A stretch of DNA of 16,706 bases, from assembly GCA_039715015.1 (NCBI GenBank), contig JBDLIE010000057.1, forward strand, positions 1 to 16,706. Reading direction: 5' to 3'. Of the stretch, positions 16,542-16,706 are shown in pieces. The notes below the pieces were generated by a model. The model did not search any database. It saw only the letters and a list, made by a program, of their open reading frames with translations, and was not told where the DNA came from. How positions within the stretch are numbered: the first letter of the stretch is position 1; the number at the start of each line of letters is the position of its first letter. Source of the DNA: Thermodesulfobacteriota bacterium. GTDB lineage: Bacteria; Desulfobacterota; Desulfobulbia; Desulfobulbales; SURF-16. The position numbers were made by a program, and so were the translations under genes.

Positions 16542-16571
16542 AGGTTGAGGGAGGATTCCTTCAGCCTTTTT
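16542..16571 (+). terminator. Rho-independent terminator after cheZ
   Basis: Stem AGGTTGAGGGA / TCCTTCAGCCT (with G-U pairs), loop GGAT, followed by a T run. Confidence 0.7.
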
Positions 16572-16610
16572 CTTATGGATCAGTTGTGAGGCCGGCACGG
16601 GGCAAGTCAC

Positions 16611-16646
16611 AAAAAAAAGGCTTAGAGAGTAATCTCTAAGCCTTTT
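16611..16646 (-). terminator. Rho-independent (probably bidirectional) terminator downstream of tRNA-Cys
   Basis: GGCTTAGAGA-GTAA-TCTCTAAGCC is a perfect 10-bp stem. It is flanked by A8 on the left (U8 on the minus strand) and T4 on the right. Confidence 0.88.
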
Positions 16647-16654
16647 AATAAACG

Positions 16655-16706
16655 TGGAGGCGGCACCCAGAGTCGAACTGGGGAATAATGGTTTTGCAGA
16701 CCACTG
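16655..16706 (-). tRNA. tRNA-Cys (GCA), 3' portion; 5' end lies beyond the window
   Basis: Reverse complement CAGTGGT-CTGCAAA-ACCATT-ATT-CCCCAG-TTCGACT-CTGGG-TGCCGCC-T-CCA shows an anticodon loop with GCA, a T-arm with TTCGA, discriminator U and an encoded CCA. Confidence 0.95.

Noticed and set aside
16500..16706. Integrative element att site at the tRNA-Cys 3' end
   Set aside because: No integrase or duplicated tRNA 3' fragment was seen. The tRNA is followed directly by its terminator and core genes.

Overview
Mostly core-genome DNA. The gene set and protein families suggest a Desulfobacterota (Desulfobulbaceae-like) sulfate reducer; that assignment is inference. Gene order: trpS(+); a GGDEF diguanylate cyclase with a sigma54-type promoter(+); serA-like phosphoglycerate dehydrogenase(+); clpB(+); a C-GCAxxG-C-C family protein(+); a Cys-domain/DUF4388 protein(-); a divergently transcribed 950-aa protein(+); an asnS-dus-TraB/GumN operon(-); an isochorismatase-family hydrolase(+); an orphan, greatly enlarged CheZ with a sigma28-type promoter(+); and the 3' part of tRNA-Cys(GCA)(-). 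No mobile element, CRISPR array or rRNA was seen. The most unusual element is the 950-aa protein. It has an N-terminal ubiquitin-conjugating enzyme (E2/UBC)-like domain with degenerate catalytic residues (HPN->HPD, catalytic Cys->Lys). This is followed by acidic linkers, a TPR-like unit, one transmembrane helix and a large extracytoplasmic TPR-like region. No E1, Ubl or JAB gene lies nearby, so it is a candidate membrane-anchored bacterial pseudo-E2 receptor or scaffold. Second is the 501-aa CheZ, which carries a large insertion containing an internally repeated Cys-containing domain.
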